A stretch of 39,508 nucleotides of DNA from Candidatus Dojkabacteria bacterium (GTDB lineage: Bacteria; Patescibacteriota; Dojkabacteria; B142; OLB20), in contig JBHHUN010000008.1 in NCBI GenBank assembly GCA_046753765.1, forward strand, positions 1-39,508. The letters run 5' to 3'. Made by a program: the position numbers and the translations under genes. Below are positions 8,320 through 17,858 of the stretch, in pieces; the first letter of the stretch is position 1; each line of letters starts with the position of its first letter. The notes under the pieces were generated by a model. The model ran no database searches and was not told the DNA's origin. It saw only the letters and a program-made list of their open reading frames with translations.

Positions 8320-10683
8320 ATGCGAATTGGAATCGATGTTACGTTTTTATTTGACCAGTACTCTCATAGGGGGATTGGCTACTACGGCCGAGAGATTGTC
8401 TCAAGGCTTGTCGCTGACACAGATCACACTTGGATCTTATTCGGCTTCAAAGACTTGCAGCACAACCTGTCTGAGCTTGGGTTACGAAAGAAGAAGAACA
8501 TCAAATTTGTATCCCTTGGGAGATCCAGAAGCTCTAATCCATTCAATGTTCTTTTCTCCAAACTTTTTTACAATCGAAAGATCAAAAACGCCAAATTAGA
8601 CGTTTACTTCACACCGCATTTCGAAAGAGGAATCCCGCTTGGAGCGACGAAAATAGTTGTAATGATGCATGACGTCATACCCTATGTTACTGGACACTAT
8701 TCCGACAAAGGGGGACTTACAAATTTTTTAAAAGGTTTGTTTTATAGGTACAATCTCAGAAGGGCCAGGAAAGCGGATGTTGTTTTGACTAACTCCGACT
8801 TTTCAAAAAGGGAGCTAATACAGAAGGCCGGTTTTAGCTCGGACGTAGTAAGCCGGATTCATCTTGGAATAAGTGAGCGCTTCCGTATCAAAAATATTTC
8901 AGCAGAGGCCAGAGAGATTCGAAGGGTTTTAATCATGTATAAGATTACAAAGCCCTACCTTCTTTACTACGGCGGATTTGAAAACAACAAAAACGTTTCA
9001 TCACTTATAAACGCCTTTGCTATCGCTTCACAACGTCACCCTGATCTTAAACTTGTTCTTGCGGGCAAAGACTTCAAGGTCGGGTGGGATAACAAACCTG
9101 TACCCCAGTCGGAGGCCGCAAAATCTATACTGGGGATGATCGGTGAGCTGAAATTGCGCCATAAAGTTGTAATAACCGGTGAGGTCGAAGAGAAGCACCT
9201 TCCATTGATTCTCAGTAACGCCAAGGCATTTATTCACCTATCAACGTATGAAGGTTTTGGATTTTCTGTCCTTGAAGCGGGAGCCGCAGGAGTCCCGGTC
9301 ATTGCCCCTAGGCGTTCAAGTTATCCGGAAGTGTTGGGCGAAAGCGCTAGATTTGTAAGAGCAGATGATCCTGACAACATCGCCTCTGTAATCCAGGACA
9401 TTCTTCAGGACGAAAACTTGCGAAAGCGGCTCCACAAAGAAGGTATCTCTAATGCCGAGAGATTTCGCTGGAGCGAGACACTTCGGGCGACACTCTCGGA
9501 GATAGAAAGGATTGGGGAGGAGATCACTCCCATAAAGATTGCCTATGTTATCCCCTACTTTCATCCTTTCAAAGGTGGTGCAGAAAATAATGCTCTTGAG
9601 CTTGCATCCAGAATGGTTAAACTTGGACACAAAGTGACAGTATTTACATCACAGATCCTAGGGGAGGAGCATGAAAAAGACGAGACGTACGCCGGGATTC
9701 AGATTCGACGTTTCAAAAGATTAAACAAGGCATACTATCTCGGGATCTATCCGGGCTTGTTACCAGCGCTCCTAATGTCACGTTTTGACGCAATTCATGT
9801 GCACGGGTTTGGATTTGTTTGGCAGGACATAGTTATGTTTCTAAAAAGGATATTCTCCTGGCGATGTAGACTCATTAACACGCCTCATGGCCCATTTATG
9901 GCTCATTCTTCGTATTCATTTGGCCAAAGACTGATGCGCGCAGTTTACACTCAATTTCTTAAGATCCTCCTCCCATGGACATACCATGCTGTAATCGAAG
10001 TCAATCCAACACAAAGAGATTGGATTAAAGGATATAGAATCAATCCCAAAAAGATCTTCTATATCGCGAACGGAATACCCGAGGTACTTACAAAAGTCAT
10101 ACCTACAAACAAGGTCGAGAAGGATTTCGGACTAAAGAACAGGTTTGTTATCTCTTTCATCGGTAGATTTGAAAAGTACAAAGGTTTTCAGGATCTGATC
10201 CGTGCATTCTCAGAGATAAAAGACAGCAGAAAAAGCCTCAGGGTCGTGGCTATTGGCCGTGAGGGGCAGTATCTCAACAAAATCGAGTCTATGATTGATG
10301 ATCTAAAGCTCCGAAATCAGGTACTTGTACTCACCGATGCAAGCGATAAAATAAAGGAGCAGATATTAGAGCTGTCCGAGATTTTTGTGCTCCCGAGTCA
10401 GTGGGAAGCATTTGGAATAAGCATTCTTGAGGCAATGGCCAAGGGGAATGCTATAATCTCAACCCGGACCGAGGGTGGAGAGTTCTTGATAGACGAAGAG
10501 AAGAACGGGTTACTCTACGATTATGGTGACGAGAAGGAGCTACAAAACCACTTAACACGACTCATTAATGACAGATCTCTTAGAAAAAAGATGCAACTGG
10601 GGAATCGCAACAAAGCAGAGGAATTTACTTGGGAGAGGGTAATTGTCAATTACAATAACTTAATCAGACATCTGACACGCTAA
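8320..10683 (+). CDS. Tandem double GT4 (GT-B) glycosyltransferase
   Basis: Two GT4 halves, with EGFGFSVLEA and EAFGISILEAMA motifs. Confidence 0.9.
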   Translation: MRIGIDVTFLFDQYSHRGIGYYGREIVSRLVADTDHTWILFGFKDLQHNLSELGLRKKKNIKFVSLGRSRSSNPFNVLFSKLFYNRKIKNAKLDVYFTPHFERGIPLGATKIVVMMHDVIPYVTGHYSDKGGLTNFLKGLFYRYNLRRARKADVVLTNSDFSKRELIQKAGFSSDVVSRIHLGISERFRIKNISAEAREIRRVLIMYKITKPYLLYYGGFENNKNVSSLINAFAIASQRHPDLKLVLAGKDFKVGWDNKPVPQSEAAKSILGMIGELKLRHKVVITGEVEEKHLPLILSNAKAFIHLSTYEGFGFSVLEAGAAGVPVIAPRRSSYPEVLGESARFVRADDPDNIASVIQDILQDENLRKRLHKEGISNAERFRWSETLRATLSEIERIGEEITPIKIAYVIPYFHPFKGGAENNALELASRMVKLGHKVTVFTSQILGEEHEKDETYAGIQIRRFKRLNKAYYLGIYPGLLPALLMSRFDAIHVHGFGFVWQDIVMFLKRIFSWRCRLINTPHGPFMAHSSYSFGQRLMRAVYTQFLKILLPWTYHAVIEVNPTQRDWIKGYRINPKKIFYIANGIPEVLTKVIPTNKVEKDFGLKNRFVISFIGRFEKYKGFQDLIRAFSEIKDSRKSLRVVAIGREGQYLNKIESMIDDLKLRNQVLVLTDASDKIKEQILELSEIFVLPSQWEAFGISILEAMAKGNAIISTRTEGGEFLIDEEKNGLLYDYGDEKELQNHLTRLINDRSLRKKMQLGNRNKAEEFTWERVIVNYNNLIRHLTR

Positions 10684-12365
10684 TGGGAGCAGGAGGAAGA
10701 AAACAAACCGTCGAGATTATTTACGAGAAGATTCCACCAATAATCACTTACATCCTCATTCTTTTTCCATTTTGGGGCGGTTTTGTTCTGCCCTTCGCAA
10801 CTGCTTATTTCGTAATCATTTTCAACGTATTTTTTCTGTACAAATCGATATCATTCTCTGTATTTTTTGCAGTAAGCCTTATCAAGATCAGGCAAACTGA
10901 AAACATCAACTGGCTTTCTAGGTTGGAATATCTGGATACCCCAAAGGAAGCCCTCGAAAAGCTGGAGCTTAAACTAGAACAATTGGAAATTTTGAGCTTT
11001 GCTGATCTTAAGAAAGATAAACGACTCCCCCTTTTTATACGACGATACCTGTTCAGACGCGCGAAACGTAAGGTTACCAGCTTTATCAAGGGTGAGATCT
11101 CGAGGATTCAGAGACTAAAGGAGCAGAAACTCAACTTTGACTGGAAAGAGCTACATCATATTGTAATCATCCCCCATTGGAAAGAACCAAAACACGTTCT
11201 TGATCACACATTGAATACCATTAAAAACTCAAACTACCCCACAAAGAGGATATCTATTGTACTTGGTGCCGAAAAGCGCGATTCAACCGGACTTAAGATT
11301 TCAAACGAATTAAAAAACAAATACAAAAAGCACTTCGAACAGATCTGGGTTACTAACCACGAACTTACTGAGGATGAAATTGTCGGGAAGTCGTCAAACA
11401 TGGCGTATGCAGGAAAGATCGCGAAGAAAAAAATCGACAAATTGGGCTGGGATCTTAAGAAAGTTACTGTTACTAGCTGCGATGCAGACTCACAGCTTCC
11501 GAGGAACTATTTTGCAAATGTTGCATACAATTACGTAACGATGAAAGACAGCATCTACAAATACTTCAACGCAGCCGTAGTTTTGTATGCAAATATCTGG
11601 AGACTACCCTTTTATGCTCGAGTTAAAAACTCAATGTCCAGCATTTACAACGTTGGTAGACTTGTGAGAACCGACAAGCTTGTTCCTTTCTCGACATACA
11701 CGACTTCTTTCTGGTTAATAGATAAGATCGGTTATTGGACGCCAACGATCACCCCGGAAGACTTCCATATTTTCTTTAAGGGTCTGTTTAGGTTTCCTAC
11801 AAAGGTTTCGACGATTCCGATTTATCAGAAAGTAATGGCCGATGCAGCTGAGGGCGAGACTCATCTAGAAACGATCAAGAACAACTATTTTCAAGAACGA
11901 CGATGGTCGTGGGGGATTTCCGATGATGGGTGGCTACTTAGAAATGTTCTAAAAAAAGTGTTGAGTGGCGATATTAAAATTGCGATGCTATATCGTTCTC
12001 TTCACGTTATGTTTGACCATATCATCGGGCCGGTTTCTGCGATTATCATACTTGTTGGAGGTAACATCCCGCTTCTGGTTAACCCAAGCTTTGCTGCCAC
12101 AACGACGGGCATTAACCTCCCGCGCATATCATCCTTCATGATCCAAATGACCCTTTGGTTTCTTCTGGTTACCATTTTGATGGACCAGTACCTGAAGCCT
12201 AAAAAACCCGGAAAGACAAACGTTATCAAGAAATTTTTCGAGTTGTTCGAATGGATTATTCAGCCATTCGTAGGGATAATTCTGGTTGCGATACCAGGCA
12301 TAGAAGCTCACACAAGACTCCTGTTTGGAAAATACCTCGAATACTATCTGACTAAGAAAAAGTAG
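10683..12365 (+). CDS. Membrane GT2-family glycosyltransferase
   Basis: GKSSN, CDADS, TPED, QERRWSWG, flanking TM helices; TAATG coupling to the upstream gene. Confidence 0.85.
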   Translation: MGAGGRKQTVEIIYEKIPPIITYILILFPFWGGFVLPFATAYFVIIFNVFFLYKSISFSVFFAVSLIKIRQTENINWLSRLEYLDTPKEALEKLELKLEQLEILSFADLKKDKRLPLFIRRYLFRRAKRKVTSFIKGEISRIQRLKEQKLNFDWKELHHIVIIPHWKEPKHVLDHTLNTIKNSNYPTKRISIVLGAEKRDSTGLKISNELKNKYKKHFEQIWVTNHELTEDEIVGKSSNMAYAGKIAKKKIDKLGWDLKKVTVTSCDADSQLPRNYFANVAYNYVTMKDSIYKYFNAAVVLYANIWRLPFYARVKNSMSSIYNVGRLVRTDKLVPFSTYTTSFWLIDKIGYWTPTITPEDFHIFFKGLFRFPTKVSTIPIYQKVMADAAEGETHLETIKNNYFQERRWSWGISDDGWLLRNVLKKVLSGDIKIAMLYRSLHVMFDHIIGPVSAIIILVGGNIPLLVNPSFAATTTGINLPRISSFMIQMTLWFLLVTILMDQYLKPKKPGKTNVIKKFFELFEWIIQPFVGIILVAIPGIEAHTRLLFGKYLEYYLTKKK

Positions 12366-12381
12366 CCTCGTTTGGCCCAGC

Positions 12382-12754
12382 TTATCTCATTTTTGGGAGT
12401 TTATATTTCACACCAGACATATTTAGCGCTAGAACAGCAGCGATAAACGCTAGTGAACACATTACAGAGCTTGTAAGACCGATATCCATTCCTGCTGAGG
12501 TACTTCCTCCCTGAAATCCTCTCTAGAAAATACACCCCAAGAGGTGGAAGGAACGTTGCAGAAATAGCAGCCAGATGCACAAAAAACTTCTCCCCTGTTA
12601 TGAAAAACAGGAATTCACCAAACTGGTAGGAAGCCAAGAAGATCAGAAAGAAAGTAACCGACTTTTTAAGCAATCTCCCATTACGCCAGACATATAGGGC
12701 AAACGCATATTCAACTAGGGCTATTATAAGTGACCTTAGTATTAGTGAGTCCAT
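12382..12754 (-). pseudogene. Multi-TM membrane protein with apparent internal deletion/frameshift
   Basis: About 3 TMs from ATG 12754; after KYLS the hydrophobic sequence continues in another frame (GMDIGLTSSVMCSLAFIAAVLAL..., stop at 12382). Confidence 0.55.
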
Positions 12755-12840
12755 AGAACAGACATGATAAGGCTTATCTCCGCTGACGGCAAATTTAAAC
12801 TCCGGGAAAACTTTGTTATAATTGATTCTCCTCGTATTGA

Positions 12841-12927
12841 GCAGACGTGGCGGAATCGGTAGACGCGCTACCTTGAGGGGGTAGTGGGAGCAATCCCGTG
12901 GAGGTTCAAATCCTCTCGTCTGCACCA
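12841..12927 (+). tRNA. tRNA-Leu(GAG)
   Basis: GCAGACG...CGTCTGC-A-CCA, anticodon arm CTACC-TTGAGGG-GGTAG, long variable arm; TGTTATAAT upstream. Confidence 0.95.
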
Positions 12928-12950
12928 TTAGGGCAAATGAAACATGCAAA

Positions 12951-14261
12951 ATGTCTAAGTTAACGATCAAATCGTTTAAAAGTAGTGCTGAAAAGATCTT
13001 TGCTGATAGAGCACTTCTATTGCATATCGTAGTTGTTGCCGGTTTCTGCCTCTCCTTTATTGTTTTCACCTACATTTACAGGCTTCCCTCTATCAAATAT
13101 GACGCTCAAGGATATTTAAACACTGCAACGAACCTTATCGACTACAAAAAAGGAGGTGCATTTGTAGTTTTATTAGCCCCTTTCATAAACACAGGCTTTG
13201 AAAGCTACTGGGCAGCACTTAGCATTAATCTGCCGTCCTGGATTCTGATAGGTTTCACTTTTTGGATCCCTTCTAAATATGGGATTGACAAACGAATTCA
13301 ACTACTAGCCACTCTCCTGTTAATACCTATTGGTTTCTGGGCAACGGGTATCTCGCATGTCACTGTGACAGAGATTCTTCATATTGCACTCATCCTTTTT
13401 GGAGTCACACAACTATTCAGCTATTTCTACTTCAAAACTAAATTTGCACTGATATTCTCTGTATTTTCACTCGGATTAGGACTAAGTACTCGTCTACAAT
13501 CTTGGCCGGCTTTCTTTATTGTTACACTTCTTACTGGAGTCTTGTATCTGAGAACAAAAAGAGCTGGCATAAACAAACAGGCGATCATATTAGCAAAACT
13601 ATTTATTGCGATGGTAATCGTATTGACTTCTTCATTTCTCATCGAAACATCACTAAGAGAGTACTCGCGGAAAGATGACTGGTTCAAGGTATATGGTAGA
13701 GCAACTATATACACAGGACTGTTCTCCACACAGTGCGGCGAATTCAGTAAAACGGCCATAGTTAAGCTCAGGTCGGAGATTGACCTCACCATAACTGAGA
13801 TCTTTCAAAAAAATCTCTCCGAAATGGGTCCACACAAAGTAGCTTCAGTGTTCGTATGCAAGTTTAACAAGTTCTTTGAGACCAGCGGATATTCTTTCAC
13901 AAACATGGAACAGGTACGTGTTGAGGCCAAGATCGGAAGCCCGCTAGATGCCCGGGCCACCTTGCTCGATATGGCTGCACACATCGAAAACTTTCTAATA
14001 AGAAGCCTTAGATTTGGACAATTTATCCTCCTCATTTTTCCTGCATTAGCAATACTTGGAATTAAAGAATTCGAAAGGTTTAAAAACAAACACCTGCTTC
14101 TTGCAATTGCTGTACTAGGGAGCTACTTCTGTTTACTAATGCTACTTGAGTTAAGCTCAAGATACGTGATCCCACCAACAATATTTACTACACTTATCCT
14201 TTTGTACGGGAATAATAAGCTGAAGATCCCACCATCGAAAAAAACTCTCCGTGGGCGTTAA
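12951..14261 (+). CDS. Polytopic membrane protein, possibly a GT-C glycosyltransferase
   Basis: Many TMs, YDAQGY after the first TM, late RY(V)IP motif. Confidence 0.6.
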   Translation: MSKLTIKSFKSSAEKIFADRALLLHIVVVAGFCLSFIVFTYIYRLPSIKYDAQGYLNTATNLIDYKKGGAFVVLLAPFINTGFESYWAALSINLPSWILIGFTFWIPSKYGIDKRIQLLATLLLIPIGFWATGISHVTVTEILHIALILFGVTQLFSYFYFKTKFALIFSVFSLGLGLSTRLQSWPAFFIVTLLTGVLYLRTKRAGINKQAIILAKLFIAMVIVLTSSFLIETSLREYSRKDDWFKVYGRATIYTGLFSTQCGEFSKTAIVKLRSEIDLTITEIFQKNLSEMGPHKVASVFVCKFNKFFETSGYSFTNMEQVRVEAKIGSPLDARATLLDMAAHIENFLIRSLRFGQFILLIFPALAILGIKEFERFKNKHLLLAIAVLGSYFCLLMLLELSSRYVIPPTIFTTLILLYGNNKLKIPPSKKTLRGR

Positions 14262-14346
14262 CATGCAGTCATATCGAACAGAGTCCTGTTTCATCTTGCA
14301 TGCTTATTTTGCTATAATCGGCTTACGTTTTGACAATCTGGCTATT

Positions 14347-14423
14347 GGGACCGTAGCTCAACTGGTTAGAGCACTCGCCTGTCACGCGAGAGGCTGCGAG
14401 TTCGAATCTCGTCGGTCCCGCCA
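14347..14423 (+). tRNA. tRNA-Asp(GTC)
   Basis: GGGACCG...CGGTCCC-G-CCA, anticodon arm CTCGC-CTGTCAC-GCGAG. Confidence 0.96.
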
Positions 14424-14457
14424 GTAATTATCCTCATAGGGTGGACACCACGGCACA

Positions 14458-14988
14458 ATGAAAAATGCGATCATCCTTCAAGGTTGGTACCAAAAAACTA
14501 ATGCTAACTGGTATCCCTGGTTGAAGGATCAGTTGAGATCTAAAGGCTACGAAGTTCATCTTCCAGACCTCCCCACTATTCATACAGACAGACCAGATCT
14601 TCAAATCCAGCTGGATTACCTCTTCGACAATCTCGAAGTCAATCGAGATACTATCCTCATCGGACACAGCCTTGGATCCCTTCTGGCGCTGAGGGTTGCA
14701 GAAAAGGTGGAATTGGACAAGATCTTCCTGGTTGCCGGATGGGACTTTAATGACCTTACCGAAGAACATCAGCTATTTTGGGAAAAGCCGGTTAACCACA
14801 GCAAAATCATTGAAAACGTTGGGGAGATATACTGCTACAGCTCTGACAACGATCCGTATATCACTGCTTTCCACGCTGAGGAAATGTGTAAAAGATTGAA
14901 AGGCACCTTTGTTTTAGTTGAAGGTGCGGGGCACTTCACGACCAAAGATGGCGTTACGAAAATTGACCGTTTAGTACAATACCTTTAG
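14458..14988 (+). CDS. Alpha/beta hydrolase (RBBP9/YdeN family)
   Basis: NWYPWL, GHSLG, SDNDPY, GAGHF. Confidence 0.88.
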   Translation: MKNAIILQGWYQKTNANWYPWLKDQLRSKGYEVHLPDLPTIHTDRPDLQIQLDYLFDNLEVNRDTILIGHSLGSLLALRVAEKVELDKIFLVAGWDFNDLTEEHQLFWEKPVNHSKIIENVGEIYCYSSDNDPYITAFHAEEMCKRLKGTFVLVEGAGHFTTKDGVTKIDRLVQYL

Positions 14989-15004
14989 AAGTTAGACTGC
15001 AGTT

Positions 15005-15565
15005 ATGGCAATAAAAAAATGGAAAACACTTTCAGAAGAAGATGTATCCCCTGACAAATGGTTCCCTGTTTACAAACACAAGGTCGAACTTGCAAATGGG
15101 AAGATAATTGATGACTTCTATGTTGGAGATTTCGGGCAATGTGTACTGATTGTTCCGATACTCAAGACGGGTGAAATGGTACTGGTGAAACAGTATAGGC
15201 AAGCAGTCCAAGATACACTTATCGAATTCCCCGAAGGAAGAGAAAAAGCTGGGAAGGATGGAAAGACAACTGCCTGTGAAGAACTTTTGGAGGAGACCGG
15301 AATTGAGGTCGCACCTTCACGAATGGAAAAAGTAGCGGTCTTTGCCCCTGAACCATCAAAAATGATCTATAAAGTACATTTATACCTAGCTAGGAATCTC
15401 GATTTTAATGCTTCCCAAAAACTAGACCCAGAGGAGGAGATAGAAATACTAACCTTCAAACCAAAAGACCTGCTTAGAAAGATCAAAGAGGGTGAGATTT
15501 GGTCTTCAAATACTGTAGCAGCGACCTTGCAGGTATTCTTGATGTACCCAGAAATATTTAAATAA
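15005..15565 (+). CDS. NUDIX hydrolase (ADP-ribose pyrophosphatase-like)
   Basis: LVKQYR, EFPEG..ACEELLEETG Nudix box. Confidence 0.88.
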   Translation: MAIKKWKTLSEEDVSPDKWFPVYKHKVELANGKIIDDFYVGDFGQCVLIVPILKTGEMVLVKQYRQAVQDTLIEFPEGREKAGKDGKTTACEELLEETGIEVAPSRMEKVAVFAPEPSKMIYKVHLYLARNLDFNASQKLDPEEEIEILTFKPKDLLRKIKEGEIWSSNTVAATLQVFLMYPEIFK

Positions 15566-15566
15566 A

Positions 15567-16145
15567 ATGGATATCACCTCCAACCAGGAATACAGCAATA
15601 AGAAATTTAACAATCTATCAATTGATAAACTAGACGATGCACGCTTTGAAAACTGTGATTTCTCAAACTGCGAATTCTCGAGCGCGAAGTTCTACGAGTG
15701 CAGCTTCGAAGACTGCAGATTTCGAAACTGTGATTTCAGCAACGCAGAACTTAATCAGTCAAAATTAAACGACTGCGAGTTTGAGAATTGTAAGCTTATT
15801 GGAATCGATTGGAAACTAATCAGAGACGAAATGGGTTTTGAGGTAGAGTTTAAGAAATGCGATCTCAGCTTTGGTGTTTTTGAGAACATTGATCTCACAA
15901 GAGTGAAATTCCTAAAGTGCAAGATCCATGAAGCAGACTTCAGCGGTGTAAAAGCCAAGGGTGTCAGCTTCTATGGTTCTGACTTGCACCACAGCAGGTT
16001 TGACAAATCAGATCTTCAGAACGCTGACTTTCAAACGGCACGCAACTACATATTCGATCCTTCAGACAACAAGATCAAGGGTGCAAAATTCGATCAACCT
16101 GAGGTTCTGAATCTGCTTAGATACTTTGAAATTGAGATTGAATGA
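15567..16145 (+). CDS. Pentapeptide repeat protein
   Basis: Repeated FENCDFSNC-type pentapeptides. Confidence 0.9.
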   Translation: MDITSNQEYSNKKFNNLSIDKLDDARFENCDFSNCEFSSAKFYECSFEDCRFRNCDFSNAELNQSKLNDCEFENCKLIGIDWKLIRDEMGFEVEFKKCDLSFGVFENIDLTRVKFLKCKIHEADFSGVKAKGVSFYGSDLHHSRFDKSDLQNADFQTARNYIFDPSDNKIKGAKFDQPEVLNLLRYFEIEIE

Positions 16146-16202
16146 TGTCACTCAGATATCTAATTAACGACATGTTACAGCTGGAGCCAGCGATGGATCT
16201 AG

Positions 16203-16684
16203 CCCAAAAAGTATTCGAACGCAGAGCTTCTACTGGACACACTCAAAGCAAAAGGGCTCGGAGTTGATGGCATCGATAGCGTATTCCTTTCTCACTATCA
16301 CCCCGATCACATCCTTAATATCAGGCTTTTTCCCGAACACACAATTTACGATGGTGACACGATATACAAAGACGACCATGAGAGTTTTTTGAAGATAAAA
16401 TCCCAGGGACAGACATCAAGGTGTTACCAACACCTGGTCATGCTCACGAACACACGGCTTTGGTTGTAGAAGTAAATGGAAAAGTATACGTTGTTGCTGA
16501 GGATGTTTTCTGGTGGTGGGACGGTGAACAAAAATCGAACACTGTTAAAGATCTTATGGAACTTGAGGACCCTTTTGTCAAGGATAAAGAGGCACTTAAG
16601 AGATCAAGGAAAAAGGTTCTAGAGATTGCGGATTTTATTATTCCTGGACATGGAGTGATGTTTAGAAATCCCGCGAAGGAATAG
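16203..16684 (+). pseudogene. MBL-fold metallo-hydrolase, 5'-truncated and frameshifted
   Basis: SHYHPDH frame from 16203 (preceded by a stop); frameshift at the T6 run 16385-16390 into the frame containing TPGH and IIPGHG. Confidence 0.8.
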
Positions 16685-16693
16685 CCTTTGAAG

Positions 16694-17062
16694 TTATCCT
16701 TTTGAGTGCTTACGCTTTTTTTCTTCCTTTTTGTCCAGCATCTCAAAAATCGTCACTAGTATTGAAAGAAGCAGACTGAAGATAAATGCCCACAGTGGGC
16801 CTGCCAGCTGAAAACCTGGAACAACTGCATCTGCTAAAATCACGATCACGGTGTTTATAACCAGTACAAACAACCCCAAAGTGAAGATAGTTAGAGGAAG
16901 GGTGAGAATCACCAGTATCGGTTTAACGATTGCATTAAGAACGACAAGTACCGCTCCAACAACAACAGCTGTCAGGAGAGTATCAACTGTAACACCAGGA
17001 AGAATCAGCGTGACAAGAATCACGGCGATCGCATAGATTATAATTTTTGAGAGTATTCGCAT
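16694..17062 (-). CDS. Phage-holin-family (YvlD-like) 4-TM membrane protein
   Basis: LNAIVKPIL..LTLPLTIFTLGLF..VIN..VPGF. Confidence 0.85.
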   Translation of the reverse strand: MRILSKIIIYAIAVILVTLILPGVTVDTLLTAVVVGAVLVVLNAIVKPILVILTLPLTIFTLGLFVLVINTVIVILADAVVPGFQLAGPLWAFIFSLLLSILVTIFEMLDKKEEKKRKHSKG

Positions 17063-17107
17063 AATACCTTCTCATATTATACAATCGTTTATGTTATCTA
17101 TTCAACA

Positions 17108-17857
17108 ATGAATGTTTACTTTCTTGGCGTTGGTGAAGCATTTGATGAGACCCTTCCAAATAATTCCCTACTCGTGCAGAGAAATGGTTACAAATTGATG
17201 CTCGATTGCGGATTCTCGATCCCTGACGAGCTTTGGAAATACAACAATGATACAGATTTGATTGATGCAATTTTCGTCAGCCATACTCATGCAGATCACT
17301 ACTTTGGCATTCCCGCACTATTTACCAGGTGGCTTGAGGAAGAACGCGAAAAGCCAGTAAGCATCATAACAACAGAAGAAAACATTGACCTCTTGCAACA
17401 GCTTTTAGATTTCGCATACAGAGACACACGCAATTACTACAAGTTTGATATAAACTTCATCAGTGTCAATAAGTCCCAACAGATTCAGGTTGGTGGCATA
17501 GATCTCGAATTTGCAGAGACTGACCACACTGTCTCAAATCTTGCTGTTAAAGTGAGTGATGGCGAAAATACACTTGTCTACAGTGGAGACGGGATACCCA
17601 CTAGAGAGTCCGAAGAGCTCTACAGAAGCTGTGACTTACTTGTTCACGACGCTTACTACTGGGACAAAAAAAGTTGGGGACACCCACTGATAAAAGATCT
17701 CATCCCAATGGCCAACCGCCTTAATGTAAAAGCGCTAGCTCTAACTCACCTCGAAAGAGACTATCGCAAAAATGAAATTGAGAAGTTACAAGAAGAGATT
17801 AGAAAAGAAGATATCAATGTGTTTGTCCCTAAGCCCGGAGATACATTTGAATTCTAG
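17108..17857 (+). CDS. MBL-fold hydrolase, RNase Z-like
   Basis: LDCG, SHTHADHYFG, YSGD, LLVHD, LTH. Confidence 0.85.
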   Translation: MNVYFLGVGEAFDETLPNNSLLVQRNGYKLMLDCGFSIPDELWKYNNDTDLIDAIFVSHTHADHYFGIPALFTRWLEEEREKPVSIITTEENIDLLQQLLDFAYRDTRNYYKFDINFISVNKSQQIQVGGIDLEFAETDHTVSNLAVKVSDGENTLVYSGDGIPTRESEELYRSCDLLVHDAYYWDKKSWGHPLIKDLIPMANRLNVKALALTHLERDYRKNEIEKLQEEIRKEDINVFVPKPGDTFEF

Positions 17858-17858
17858 C

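Noticed and set aside
12755-13069. N-terminal 105 aa of the 222-aa ORF 12401-13069
   Set aside because: Antisense read-through of tRNA-Leu and the next gene; the plausible start is 12754.
16694-17062. Prophage, suggested by the holin-family gene
   Set aside because: YvlD-like proteins are common chromosomal genes and no phage genes are nearby.
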